Counted from the first letter of the stretch, positions 16,167 through 26,561 are shown. The stretch: DNA of 32,000 bases from Candidatus Saccharimonadota bacterium (GCF_014252415.1 NZ_CP059223.1:240001-272000), one strand, 5' to 3'. Notes: a model not told the origin generated them from the letters alone. Translations and numbers: made by a program.

Positions 16167-18474
16167 TATTAGAATTATCTTTATTTAAAGATAGTTTTGA
16201 TACCATATTATGATATAAAATAATCATATTTTTCATACGTTCTGATATTTTTCTTGATTCAGATAATATTCTTAATATTAAAAACGTATTTTTTTTTCCA
16301 TATTTATATTGGATAATACCAATTAATTGTTGATTCATTTGAATTTTAACATTTTTTATTATATTAGAATGTATTATTTTCGATGAATAAATTAAACATT
16401 TGTAATTATTATCATCAATTATTTTTTTTATTATATCAAAATAATGATTCATATAACATTCAAGTTTTGAAATACTTTTTTTTTGTTCATTTTTTAATGG
16501 CTTATGACTATTCATAATATGAAATAATATACTATTACTGATTATATCTAAATAGTCTGTAATTTCTTTTATTGTGTTATATATATGAAAATAAAAAACC
16601 CCAAAAATTGGATTAGTTTCATTAGTTTTTTTTAATATTTTAATTAATAAATTATCTAATCCAATAAAATTTTTTCTCAATTCTAAAAAATGATTTCTAC
16701 TATTTTTTATTTTTTTTATATCTCCATGATAAATTCCATATAGAGAATTTGTATAAATATATTTTATAGATAATATTTTTGGTTTTAATATATTATTAAT
16801 CTTATTTAAAATATTTAAAGTATTTATTTCAGATATTTCTAATAATAATTTATCTTCTTCAAATTTTTTTATTTGGATTTTAGAAAAAACTTTATAATTT
16901 TTATAAATTATTATTCCTATTATACAAAATAGGAATAAAATAGCCCAAATTTTAAAAAAATATAGAAATAAAGAGACTATCCCTGCCATAGTAAACGCAA
17001 TTAATCCTGTTAACAACCATCCTCTTATAACACTTAATACCCCAGATACTCTATAAACTGCACTCTCTCTATCCCAAGCTCTATCAGCAAGAGAAGTTCC
17101 CATAGCTACCATAAATGTTACAAAAGTTGTAGAAAGTGGTAATTTTTGAATAGTTGCTATAGATATTAGTATACTAGATATAGTTAAATTCGAAGACGCC
17201 CTAACTAAATCAAATGCTACATGATTATCTTTTTGTATATCATTTTTTTTAAAATTTTTTTCTATTTTCAATAACATTTTTTTTGGAAAAAAATTTTTTA
17301 TTTTTTTTCCAAGGAATAAAAATAATCTTACAATCCATCTAGATAAAGAATTTGACAAAAAAATTTCAGGACCTTCATTTTGTCTACTTAGATTAATTTC
17401 AGTATTAGTAATATTTCTAGTTTTTTTTGAAAACCAAAGTGTTAATATCATAATTATGGAAGAAACAATTAAAATTGATGATGGAACCTGTACATTATTT
17501 TTTGATAAATCTCTCATATTAAATATTTCCGCCGATGGATGTCCTTTTTTTATCCATATATTATACGATTGTATTCCTGCTATAGGAATACCTATAAAAT
17601 TTACTAAATCATTTCCAGAAAAAGCCATTGCTAAAGAAAACGTTCCATATAATACAACAAATCTTAAAATATTATAACCTAAAGAAACAAATATCTTTGC
17701 TATAATAATCCATGTGAATATTAAATAAATTATAAATATGAAAAAATTATGATGAATCCAATTAATTAAATTATTAATATAAGAAGAAAGTTCATTCATA
17801 ATTATTGTATTGTTTGTATCTACATTTTCAATAATAGCGCTATGTAATCCTTTAATAATTAAAAAATATGTCATACTACTAAGGGATATAGATGACCATA
17901 TAACCCCTATATATTTTAACTTATTTTTATAATTAAAACTAAATATAGAACGAATAAAATAATGAATAAATGTACCTGATAAAAAAGATATGATAATAGA
18001 TAAAAATATTCCTATACCAATATCTAATGCTTTTTCTGTTTTAATATATTTAGTAATATAGTAAAAAGGTTCATTATTAAATAAAATTTTTATAGTTGCA
18101 ATACTAAAAGATCCACCTAATAAACAAAATACCATAGATACAGTAGTAGATGTTGGTAATCCTAAGGTATTAAATATGTCTAATAAAATAATATCCGATA
18201 TCATTACTGATAAAAAAATGAATATAATATCTGAAAAATAGAAATGAGATGGATCAAAAACTCCTTTTCTTGCTATTTCCATCATACCACTAGATAAAAA
18301 TGTTCCTAAAATAATCCCTATACTAGCAAATATCATAATAGTATTACGAGAAGCGACTTTAGATCCAATAGAAGAATTTAAAAAATTTACTGCATCATTA
18401 ATCAATCCTATAATGAGATCAAATATAGATAGAATAAATAAAATAATTATAATTAATGGATAAGATAGTTCCAT
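16153..18474 (-). CDS. PiT (PHO4) family inorganic phosphate transporter with a long C-terminal soluble domain
   Basis: 773 aa. It has an N-terminal PHO4-like motif GLINDAVNFLNSSIGSKVA, a second FSGNDLVNFIGIPIAG, and many TM segments up to about aa 525. A helical non-membrane domain of about 240 aa follows. Confidence 0.6.
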   Translation of the reverse strand: MELSYPLIIIILFILSIFDLIIGLINDAVNFLNSSIGSKVASRNTIMIFASIGIILGTFLSSGMMEIARKGVFDPSHFYFSDIIFIFLSVMISDIILLDIFNTLGLPTSTTVSMVFCLLGGSFSIATIKILFNNEPFYYITKYIKTEKALDIGIGIFLSIIISFLSGTFIHYFIRSIFSFNYKNKLKYIGVIWSSISLSSMTYFLIIKGLHSAIIENVDTNNTIIMNELSSYINNLINWIHHNFFIFIIYLIFTWIIIAKIFVSLGYNILRFVVLYGTFSLAMAFSGNDLVNFIGIPIAGIQSYNIWIKKGHPSAEIFNMRDLSKNNVQVPSSILIVSSIIMILTLWFSKKTRNITNTEINLSRQNEGPEIFLSNSLSRWIVRLFLFLGKKIKNFFPKKMLLKIEKNFKKNDIQKDNHVAFDLVRASSNLTISSILISIATIQKLPLSTTFVTFMVAMGTSLADRAWDRESAVYRVSGVLSVIRGWLLTGLIAFTMAGIVSLFLYFFKIWAILFLFCIIGIIIYKNYKVFSKIQIKKFEEDKLLLEISEINTLNILNKINNILKPKILSIKYIYTNSLYGIYHGDIKKIKNSRNHFLELRKNFIGLDNLLIKILKKTNETNPIFGVFYFHIYNTIKEITDYLDIISNSILFHIMNSHKPLKNEQKKSISKLECYMNHYFDIIKKIIDDNNYKCLIYSSKIIHSNIIKNVKIQMNQQLIGIIQYKYGKKNTFLILRILSESRKISERMKNMIILYHNMVSKLSLNKDNSNIKKP

Positions 18475-18496
18475 ATAAATAATTGTTAAATAAAAT

Positions 18497-19105
18497 TCAA
18501 TTCATAATTTTTTTTATACACTCTTTTACTAAATTTTCTACTGAAAAATTTGGATTTTCATTTAATATTTTATCCAAAATTATATGATTATTTTTATCAT
18601 TAAAACCCAATGTAATTAACACTTTTAAAGTTTCTTTTTTTAAATTAGGATTTATATTTTTTTTATTTTCTAAATTATTTTTATACTTTTTAGAAACTTT
18701 ATCTTTTAATTCGATAATAATTTTATAAGCTATTTTTTTTCCTATCCCCTTAATTTTTTTAAAAACATTTATATCTTCTTTTAATATTGATTCTATTATC
18801 TCATATGGAGTAAGATAAGATAATAATATTATAGCTAAATTGGGGCCTACACCATTTACAGATAGTAAATCTACAAAAATTTTTCTTTCTATCTTATCAA
18901 AAAATCCATATAAAATATGTTCATTTTCTTTTATTAATAAATAAGTATAAATCCATATATTTTCTCCTTTTTTATTATTTTTACTATTTGATAACAATGA
19001 ATAAGTATATAAAGATATATGAACATAATATCCTATACCACAACAATCGAGTACTAAATACTCACTATTTTTTTCAATTAATTTACCTTTTAAATGAGTT
19101 ATCAC
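18497..19105 (-). CDS. ruvA: Holliday junction branch migration complex subunit RuvA
   Basis: (M)ITHLKGKLIEKNSEYLVLDCCGIGYYVHIS OB-fold N terminus and HhH motifs LSVNGVGPNLAI and IKGIGKKIAYKII. The start codon is GTG (19103-19105) and the stop is TGA. Confidence 0.85.
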   Translation of the reverse strand: MITHLKGKLIEKNSEYLVLDCCGIGYYVHISLYTYSLLSNSKNNKKGENIWIYTYLLIKENEHILYGFFDKIERKIFVDLLSVNGVGPNLAIILLSYLTPYEIIESILKEDINVFKKIKGIGKKIAYKIIIELKDKVSKKYKNNLENKKNINPNLKKETLKVLITLGFNDKNNHIILDKILNENPNFSVENLVKECIKKIMN

Positions 19106-19113
19106 AATAAAAT

Positions 19114-20439
19114 TTATTTTTTTCTAAAAAATATTTGTATTGGTACTCCTTTAAAATTAAAATAAAAACGGATTTTATTTTCTATAAATTTTCTATAAGA
19201 TTCTTTAATTTTTCTTGGAAAATTAGAAAAAAATATAAATATTGGTGGAGATAAAGGTAATTGAATACAATATTTAATAGTTATAAATCTAATTATATTA
19301 TTAATTTTTATAGATGGAGGTGGATTACTTTTTATAATTGGTAACATAATTTTATTTAAAATATTAGTTTTTAATTTTTTTTTGATAGATGTTATGACTT
19401 GAAACGTAATAGGAATAATATTTTCTATATTATATTTTTCTTTAGCTGATATAAATAAAATTGGAACATCAAATGATAAAATTTTATTACAAATAGATTT
19501 TTCATAATTTTTTTTTATATGTGAATTTTTTAAAAATAAATCCCATTTATTAACTAGGATAATAATTCCTTTTTTATATGTTTCAATGATCTTAAAAAGA
19601 TTAACCTCTTGTCTTTTCCATCCTAAAGATGCATCTATCATTAATAAACAAACATCTACATATTTTATAGTCTTTATTGTTCTTGTTGTTGAATAAAATT
19701 CAATGTCATTATTGATTTTTGATTTTTTCCTTATTCCTGGCGTATCTATTATAATACATTTGTATCCTAATTTTTCATAAAAAATATCTAAACTATCTCT
19801 TGTAGTACCAGGAATATCTGTTACAATATGATGATTTTTATTTAAAAAAGAATTTATCAAAGTAGATTTTCCTACATTAGGACGTCCAATTATTGATATT
19901 TTAGGGATGGATTTATATTGATTATCAATTTTATTATCATTGATATTCATCAATATCTTTGTAATTTTATCTAATAAATCTCCTGTTCCACTTCCATTTA
20001 TAGCGGATATATAATAATAGTAATCAAATCCTAATTTAAAAAAATCTGTACTATTATTGGATAATCCACCACAATCTATTTTATTTACAACTAAAAGAGT
20101 TAGTTTTTCATATTTTCTAATAAAATTAGATAATTCTATATCTGTATTCAATAATCCTTGCGTTATATCAACTATAAATAATAAAATATTAGATTCTTTA
20201 ATTGATTGAAATATTTTATTATTTACTTTTTTTTTAAGTAAATCATTATAAGATATAGTAAATCCTCCTGTATCTATTACAGAAAATAGTATCCCGTTCC
20301 ATTCTGAATATCCACTAATTCTATCTCTAGTTATTCCACTAGACTTATGGATAATAGCCTTTCTTTCTCCTATGAATCTGTTAAATAAAGTAGATTTTCC
20401 TACGTTAGGACTTCCTATAATAGATACAGTACCATTCAT
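19114..20439 (-). CDS. der: Ribosome-associated GTPase Der (EngA)
   Basis: Tandem GTPase domains: GSPNVGKSTLFN/DTGG/NKID and GRPNVGKSTLIN/DTPG/NKWD, plus a KH-like C terminus. Confidence 0.92.
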   Translation of the reverse strand: MNGTVSIIGSPNVGKSTLFNRFIGERKAIIHKSSGITRDRISGYSEWNGILFSVIDTGGFTISYNDLLKKKVNNKIFQSIKESNILLFIVDITQGLLNTDIELSNFIRKYEKLTLLVVNKIDCGGLSNNSTDFFKLGFDYYYYISAINGSGTGDLLDKITKILMNINDNKIDNQYKSIPKISIIGRPNVGKSTLINSFLNKNHHIVTDIPGTTRDSLDIFYEKLGYKCIIIDTPGIRKKSKINNDIEFYSTTRTIKTIKYVDVCLLMIDASLGWKRQEVNLFKIIETYKKGIIILVNKWDLFLKNSHIKKNYEKSICNKILSFDVPILFISAKEKYNIENIIPITFQVITSIKKKLKTNILNKIMLPIIKSNPPPSIKINNIIRFITIKYCIQLPLSPPIFIFFSNFPRKIKESYRKFIENKIRFYFNFKGVPIQIFFRKK

Positions 20440-20514
20440 ACTGAAAAATTATTTACAAATTTAGATTTTTTTTATTAGTTTCACCATTTCATTGTAATAA
20501 ATTAAATATTAAAA

Positions 20515-21183
20515 ATGAGAATAGATATTGTTTGCGTATTTCCTGACATATTTTCTAGTCCATTTTCTAATTCAATTATTAAAAAAGCTACAAATAAAAA
20601 ATTAGTAGATATAAATATTCATAATTTAAGAGATTATGGATTAGGAAAAAGAAAAAAAATAGATGACTATCCATATGGAGGGGGTAATGGTATGGTAATC
20701 AGAATTGAACCTGTATATCAATGTTTTTCAATGTTAATTTCTAATAGACAATATGACGAAATCATATTTATGACTCCTGATGGAGATCTTTTTTCACAAA
20801 AATATGCAAATGATTTATCTTTAAAAAAAAATATTATTATTCTTTGTGGACGTTATAAGGGAATTGATCAAAGAATTAGAGATCATTTAATTTCTAAAGA
20901 ATTATCTATTGGAAAATATATATTGTCGGGTGGAGAATTAGCCGCAGCTGTTGTTATAGAGTCTATAGTTAGACTATTACCAGGAGTTATTAATAAAACA
21001 TCTGTATTAACAGATTCTTTCCAAAAGAAATCTTATTTTATTTCTCCACCTATTTATACCAGGCCATCTATTTATAAAAAATGGAAAGTACCAAATGTAT
21101 TATTATCTGGGAATCATAAAAAAATAAAAAAATGGTTTTTAAAAAAATCTTTACAATCTATAAAGAAAAAATTGGATTTTTAG
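20515..21183 (+). CDS. trmD: tRNA (guanine37-N1)-methyltransferase TrmD
   Basis: MRIDIVCVFPDIF, CGRYKGIDQRI, SIGKYILSGGELAAAVVIES. Confidence 0.9.
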   Translation: MRIDIVCVFPDIFSSPFSNSIIKKATNKKLVDINIHNLRDYGLGKRKKIDDYPYGGGNGMVIRIEPVYQCFSMLISNRQYDEIIFMTPDGDLFSQKYANDLSLKKNIIILCGRYKGIDQRIRDHLISKELSIGKYILSGGELAAAVVIESIVRLLPGVINKTSVLTDSFQKKSYFISPPIYTRPSIYKKWKVPNVLLSGNHKKIKKWFLKKSLQSIKKKLDF

Positions 21184-22546
21184 ATGATTTATCAAAATTT
21201 ATTTTACTATAAATTAGTCTTTTTATAACGTTACTAATTTGTTTAAAATCAAATTTTATTATTATATTTTTCATCATATTTTTAATTTCTTTATTACACA
21301 AATTACCTATACTTCCTTCATGAGAATAAACTCCTTTCATAAAAGGCTTAAAATTTCCATTTTTTATATCTAAACCTACTTTTTTGTAAGCGTCTCTAAA
21401 AGAATATCCTTTTTTAATAACTAAATTATTAACAACTTCTACACTAAATAAATAGTGATATTTTTTATCATTAAGAATATTCTCATTGATCTTAATATAA
21501 TTCAACATATACTTAAACATAAAAAAGCAATTTTTTATTTCTTCAAACATAGGAATAAATCTTTCTTTTATTAATTGAAAATCTCTATGATAACCAGATG
21601 ATAAATTGGAAGATATAATAGAAATTTCATTAGGTAATGCACTAATTCTATTACATTTTGCCCTTATTATTTCAAATACATCAGGATTTTTTTTATGAGG
21701 CATAATACTAGATCCAGTAGTAAGAAAATCTGGAAAACTAATAAAATCAAAATTTTGATTCAAATACAAACAAATGTCTTGTGCCATTTTTCCTAAAGTT
21801 CTTGCTAATGATGCTATGGCTTCTGATACAATTTTTTCTATTTTTCCACGTCCCATTTGGGCATATAATACATTATAATTTAAATTTTCAAATCCTAATA
21901 AATAAGTAGTCATTTTTCTATTTAAAGGTAAAGAAGATCCGTATCCAGCAGCAGATCCCATTGGATTTTTATTAACAATATGATATGCTACATTAATTAA
22001 TAATAAATCATCCATTAAACTTTCTGCGTATGCAGAAAACCATAATCCAAAAGAAGAAGGCATAGCTATTTGATAATGAGTATATCCTGGCATAAGAATT
22101 TTTTTATATTTTTCACTTAATTTCAATAATAAATTGAAAAATGAATAAACAATCAAAACTAATTCTTTTAACTCTAAACGGACAAATAATTTTAAATCTA
22201 CCAATATTTGATCATTTCTGGATCTCCCTATATGTATTTTTTTTCCAATATTTCCTATACGTTCTATTAGCAAAAATTCTATTTGAGAATGTACATCTTC
22301 TACTCCATCATTAATTTTAAATTTATTTTTTAATATTTCATTAATATAAATATTACGTAATTCTTTAATTAAAATATTTAATTCTTTTTTACTTAATAAT
22401 CCAATGTAATATAACATTATAATGTGAGCTATAGTAGCGACAACATCGTGGGGAGCTAAAAAAATATCTAATTTAGAATCCTTATTTGAAGTAAAATTTT
22501 CAATCTTTATATCAAAATTATTACCTATCTTATCCCAAATTTTCAC
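21158..22546 (-). CDS. argH: Argininosuccinate lyase
   Basis: GRSRNDQ and the fumarate-lyase signature GSSIMPHKKNPDVFE. There is no ATG at the N terminus. The track starts at TTG 22549, but GTG at 22546 gives MKIWDK, which resembles the usual ArgH N terminus. Confidence 0.9.
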   Translation of the reverse strand: MKIWDKIGNNFDIKIENFTSNKDSKLDIFLAPHDVVATIAHIIMLYYIGLLSKKELNILIKELRNIYINEILKNKFKINDGVEDVHSQIEFLLIERIGNIGKKIHIGRSRNDQILVDLKLFVRLELKELVLIVYSFFNLLLKLSEKYKKILMPGYTHYQIAMPSSFGLWFSAYAESLMDDLLLINVAYHIVNKNPMGSAAGYGSSLPLNRKMTTYLLGFENLNYNVLYAQMGRGKIEKIVSEAIASLARTLGKMAQDICLYLNQNFDFISFPDFLTTGSSIMPHKKNPDVFEIIRAKCNRISALPNEISIISSNLSSGYHRDFQLIKERFIPMFEEIKNCFFMFKYMLNYIKINENILNDKKYHYLFSVEVVNNLVIKKGYSFRDAYKKVGLDIKNGNFKPFMKGVYSHEGSIGNLCNKEIKNMMKNIIIKFDFKQISNVIKRLIYSKINFDKSSKNPIFSL

Positions 22547-22637
22547 CAAAAATCATGTTATTTTATATTTTCATTATACAAAATATAAATTTTTTATATA
22601 AAAATGAAAAGTTTTATAATTAAGTCAAGCTTATCAT

Positions 22638-24566
22638 ATGAGTAAAAAAAACGATTTTCAATCCAAAAATTATACTGCAGATAGTATACAATCATTAGAA
22701 GGTATAGAACATGTAAGAATGAGACCTTCTATGTATATTGGAGATGTTGGATCAAGAGGCCTTCATCATCTAGTAAATGAGGTAATAGATAATTCTGTAG
22801 ATGAGTCATTAGCAGAATTTTGTAATAAAATATGGGTGACTATTCATAAAAATGGATTTATCACTATATCTGATAATGGACGTGGAATTCCAGTAGAAAT
22901 ACATAAAAAAGAAAAAATATCTGCACTTGAAGTTGTTATGACTAAAGTAGGCGCAGGTGGAAAATTTGATAAAAATTCATATAAAGTTTCGGGGGGTTTA
23001 CATGGAGTAGGACTTTCTTGTGTTAATGCTCTTGCAAAACATTTAATAGTAACAGTATATCGTAATGGAAAAATCTATCAACAAGAATATTTTAGAGGAA
23101 AGCCATTACATTCTGTAAAATGTTTAGGAAATACTAATATGAAAGGAACTAAAATTTATTATCTAGCTGATAATTATATTTTTAAATCTATAATATATGA
23201 TCAAAAAATTTTAATCAATCGTTTAAATGAATTGTCTTATTTAAATAAAGAATTATATTTGTTTTTTATAAATGAAAATAATAACATAAGGAAATGTTTT
23301 TTTTCAAAAAATGGAATTATAGACTATATTGATGTTTTAAATAAAAAAAATACTTTATTAGTTAATAATTCTTTATTTATTAATGGAAAAAAAGATGATG
23401 TTTTAGTAGAATCTGTTATTTCATTTAATAATTCTTTTAAAGAAAAAATTTATTCTTATGTAAATAATATAAATACTTATGAAGGTGGTACTCACGTATC
23501 AGGATTTAGAAGAGCTATTACTAGAACTTTTAAAAAATATATAGATGGAGATAAATTATCGAATTTTAAAGAAAAATTAGAATTTATAGGAGATGATTTT
23601 AGAGAAGGTATTACTGCTATTATATCTGTTAAAATAATGCACCCACAATTTGAAGGACAAACAAAAACAAAATTAAGCAATCATGAAGTAGGAGGAATTG
23701 TAGATAAGATAATAGGAGAAAATTTTAGTAATTATTTAGAAGAAAATCCTAACGATAGAAAAAAAATTATTGAAAAAATAATTTTATCAGCTAAATCTAG
23801 ACAAGCAGCAAAAAAAGCCCGTGAATTAATACAGAAACAAAATCCAATTAGTGTTGGGGTATTACCTGGAAAATTAGCTGATTGTTCTTTGAATGACCCG
23901 AAACATTGTGAATTATATTTAGTAGAAGGAGATTCTGCAGGAGGTACTGCTAAACAAGGTAGAGATAGAAAATTTCAGGCTATATTACCATTACGTGGTA
24001 AAATATTGAATGTAGAAAAATCTATTCCATATAAAATATTTGAAAATGAAGAAATCAAAAATATATTTACTTCTTTAGGAATTACTATGAATATGAATAA
24101 CAACTCAATTAATATAGAAAAATTGAGATATAATAAAATTATCATCATGACTGATGCGGATATAGATGGAAGTCATATTTCTACATTAATATTAACATTA
24201 TTTTTTAGATACATGAAATCTTTAATAGAAAATGGATATGTTTATGTAGCTAATCCTCCTCTTTATTTAATACGTAAAAAATCTTATTATAGATATGCAT
24301 GGAATGATGAAGAAAGAGAATCCATTATTAAAAAGTTAGGAGGTAAAAAATATGTAATAACACAACGTTATAAGGGTTTAGGAGAGATGAATGCAGAACA
24401 ATTATGGGAAACAACTATGAATCCTAAAAATAGAACTCTTCGTAAGATATATATTAAAAATGATTCAAATGCAGATAACATATTTTCTATTCTTATGGGA
24501 GATGACGTTCCTCCACGTAGAATTTTTATAGAAAAAAATTCTATTTCTGCAAAAGTAGATATATAA
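22638..24566 (+). CDS. gyrB: DNA gyrase subunit B
   Basis: YTADSIQSLEGIEHVRMRPSMYIGD, GHKL N-box HHLVNEVIDNSVDE, DNGRGIPV, GGLHGVG, Toprim LYLVEGDSAGG and IMTDADIDGSHI. At 642 aa it fits Bacteroidota GyrB. ParE is not fully excluded without a search. Confidence 0.88.
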   Translation: MSKKNDFQSKNYTADSIQSLEGIEHVRMRPSMYIGDVGSRGLHHLVNEVIDNSVDESLAEFCNKIWVTIHKNGFITISDNGRGIPVEIHKKEKISALEVVMTKVGAGGKFDKNSYKVSGGLHGVGLSCVNALAKHLIVTVYRNGKIYQQEYFRGKPLHSVKCLGNTNMKGTKIYYLADNYIFKSIIYDQKILINRLNELSYLNKELYLFFINENNNIRKCFFSKNGIIDYIDVLNKKNTLLVNNSLFINGKKDDVLVESVISFNNSFKEKIYSYVNNINTYEGGTHVSGFRRAITRTFKKYIDGDKLSNFKEKLEFIGDDFREGITAIISVKIMHPQFEGQTKTKLSNHEVGGIVDKIIGENFSNYLEENPNDRKKIIEKIILSAKSRQAAKKARELIQKQNPISVGVLPGKLADCSLNDPKHCELYLVEGDSAGGTAKQGRDRKFQAILPLRGKILNVEKSIPYKIFENEEIKNIFTSLGITMNMNNNSINIEKLRYNKIIIMTDADIDGSHISTLILTLFFRYMKSLIENGYVYVANPPLYLIRKKSYYRYAWNDEERESIIKKLGGKKYVITQRYKGLGEMNAEQLWETTMNPKNRTLRKIYIKNDSNADNIFSILMGDDVPPRRIFIEKNSISAKVDI

Positions 24567-24586
24567 TATTTTATATTTTTTTATTA

Positions 24587-25363
24587 ATGAACTATGTACA
24601 ATCTATAATTTTAGGAGTTATTGAAGGTATTACAGAATTTTTTCCAATATCTTCCACTGGACATATGATACTTATAGCATCTATGATGAAAATATTGAAT
24701 AATAAAATTACAAATTTATATATTGTTTCTGTACAATTTGGATCTATTTTATCAATAATATTTTTATATAGAAAAAAACTTTTTTTTCAAAAAAAAAGTT
24801 TTTATGCAAAAATACTTATAGCCAATTTTCCTGTAGGAATAGTTGGATTTATTTTATATAATAAAATAAATTCTTTTTTAAAGAATCCTATTTTGGTATC
24901 TTTATCCTTGTTTTTAGGTGGATTAATAATATTAAAATCAGAAGATTTTTATAAAAAAAATATTTTAAAAAAAAGAAATGATATTACATATTATAGAGCA
25001 TTTATAATTGGATTATTTCAATGTATATCTTTAATACCAGGAGTATCTAGAAGTGGAACTACTATAGTATCAGGATTATTACAAAATATAGATAGAAAAA
25101 AATCAATTGAGTTTTCATTTTTTTTATCTATTCCCATTATTATGATTGCTTTTTTAAAAAAAATGTTTGATTTTTGTATAGAATCAGATATATTGTGTAA
25201 TGAAAATATAATATATATTTTAATAGGAAATATTTTTTCATTTATTACATCTATGATATCAATTAAATATTTTATAAAATATTTAAAAAATAATGATTTT
25301 AAATTATTTGGTTATTATAGAATTATCATTGGATTTTTATTTATTTTTTTTAAATTAATATAA
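24587..25363 (+). CDS. uppP: Undecaprenyl-diphosphate phosphatase
   Basis: GVIEGITEFFPISSTGHM and PGVSRSGTT motifs, with 8 hydrophobic segments. Confidence 0.9.
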   Translation: MNYVQSIILGVIEGITEFFPISSTGHMILIASMMKILNNKITNLYIVSVQFGSILSIIFLYRKKLFFQKKSFYAKILIANFPVGIVGFILYNKINSFLKNPILVSLSLFLGGLIILKSEDFYKKNILKKRNDITYYRAFIIGLFQCISLIPGVSRSGTTIVSGLLQNIDRKKSIEFSFFLSIPIIMIAFLKKMFDFCIESDILCNENIIYILIGNIFSFITSMISIKYFIKYLKNNDFKLFGYYRIIIGFLFIFFKLI

Positions 25364-26068
25364 ATGAATTTTAATTTATTGGAATTACAAAATGGAATGA
25401 TACTAATGGTAGATAAACCATGGGGTTGGAGTTCTTTTAAAGTAGTAAAAACGATAAAAAATTTTATAAAAAGAAAAATAAATATTAAAATAAAAATAGG
25501 TCATTCTGGAACTCTAGATCCAATGGCTACAGGTTTATTAATTATTCTTATTGGTAAAGCAACTAAGAAAACAAATATTTTTCATAATTATAAAAAATCA
25601 TATACAGGAATAATTAAATTAGGATGTGAAACAATTTCTTTAGATTCAGAAACTGAAGAAATAAATTTTTCTTCTATTTCCCACATTACTCCAAAATTAA
25701 TTGAAAAAACATCTAAAAAATTAATAGGAGAAATCAATCAAATTCCACCTTATTTTTCTGCATTAAAAAAAAATGGTAAAAGACTTTATCAATATGCTAG
25801 AAATAAAGAAAAAATAGAATTATTTTCCAGAAAAATAATAATTTATAAATTTAATATATTAAATATATGGATACCATATTTAAAATTTTTTATAGAATGT
25901 GGAAAAGGTACTTATATAAGATCAGTAGCTAAAGATTTAGGATATTTTTTAAATAGTAAAGCATATTTATTTTCTTTAAGAAGAGAAAGTATAGGAAATT
26001 TTTTTTTCTCTAATAAATTAAAAAAAATAGATGAACTATCTAATATATTTTCATGTTATACTACTTAA
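25364..26068 (+). CDS. truB: tRNA pseudouridine(55) synthase TruB (short form without PUA domain)
   Basis: KIGHSGTLDPMATGLL (catalytic Asp), IPPYFSALKKNGKRLYQYAR, GKGTYIRS. Its ATG directly abuts the uppP stop. Confidence 0.88.
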   Translation: MNFNLLELQNGMILMVDKPWGWSSFKVVKTIKNFIKRKINIKIKIGHSGTLDPMATGLLIILIGKATKKTNIFHNYKKSYTGIIKLGCETISLDSETEEINFSSISHITPKLIEKTSKKLIGEINQIPPYFSALKKNGKRLYQYARNKEKIELFSRKIIIYKFNILNIWIPYLKFFIECGKGTYIRSVAKDLGYFLNSKAYLFSLRRESIGNFFFSNKLKKIDELSNIFSCYTT

Positions 26069-26095
26069 ATTTTTTTATGAAAAAATTAAATTATT

Positions 26096-26449
26096 TTATT
26101 TTATATCATTTATTATATTATTATTTTTTTTATACCATTTATTAAATTTTTCTAATGATTTTTCTTTAGTTAACAAACCTTTTTTCACTCCATTTAACAA
26201 GTATTTTTTTAACCAAATTCCATTTTTATGAAAAATAGATTTTACAGTTTTCGTAGGTTGTGCACCTTTCATTATCCATGAAATAGATTTTTCTATTTTT
26301 ATAAAAATTTGGGATGGATTTGTATGGGGGTTATAAATACCTAATTTTTCAATAAATTTTCCATTTCTAGGAAAACGAGAATCTGCTATTACTATATGAT
26401 AAATAGGTTTATGTTTTTTACCAACCCTTCTCAAACGAATTTTTACCAT
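26096..26449 (-). CDS. rpsP: 30S ribosomal protein S16
   Basis: MVKIRLRRVGKKHKPIYHIVIADSRFPRNGKFIEKLGIYNP, followed by a Lys-rich C-terminal extension of about 35 aa. Confidence 0.92.
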   Translation of the reverse strand: MVKIRLRRVGKKHKPIYHIVIADSRFPRNGKFIEKLGIYNPHTNPSQIFIKIEKSISWIMKGAQPTKTVKSIFHKNGIWLKKYLLNGVKKGLLTKEKSLEKFNKWYKKNNNIINDIK

Positions 26450-26478
26450 GTTTTAATTGTTTTAAATTATTTGAAATA

Positions 26479-26503
26479 ATGATTTTTTTATATAAAAAAT
26501 CAT
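26479..26503. other. Perfect 10-bp-stem palindrome ATGATTTTTT-tatat-AAAAAATCAT in the rpsP/tRNA-Gln divergent spacer
   Basis: Read directly. The arms at 26479-26488 and 26494-26503 are exact reverse complements. Function unknown. Confidence 0.6.
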
Positions 26504-26561
26504 GTTCCTTGGAAAAAAATAATATATATTTACATTATTTATTATTTTATTTGTTATATTT

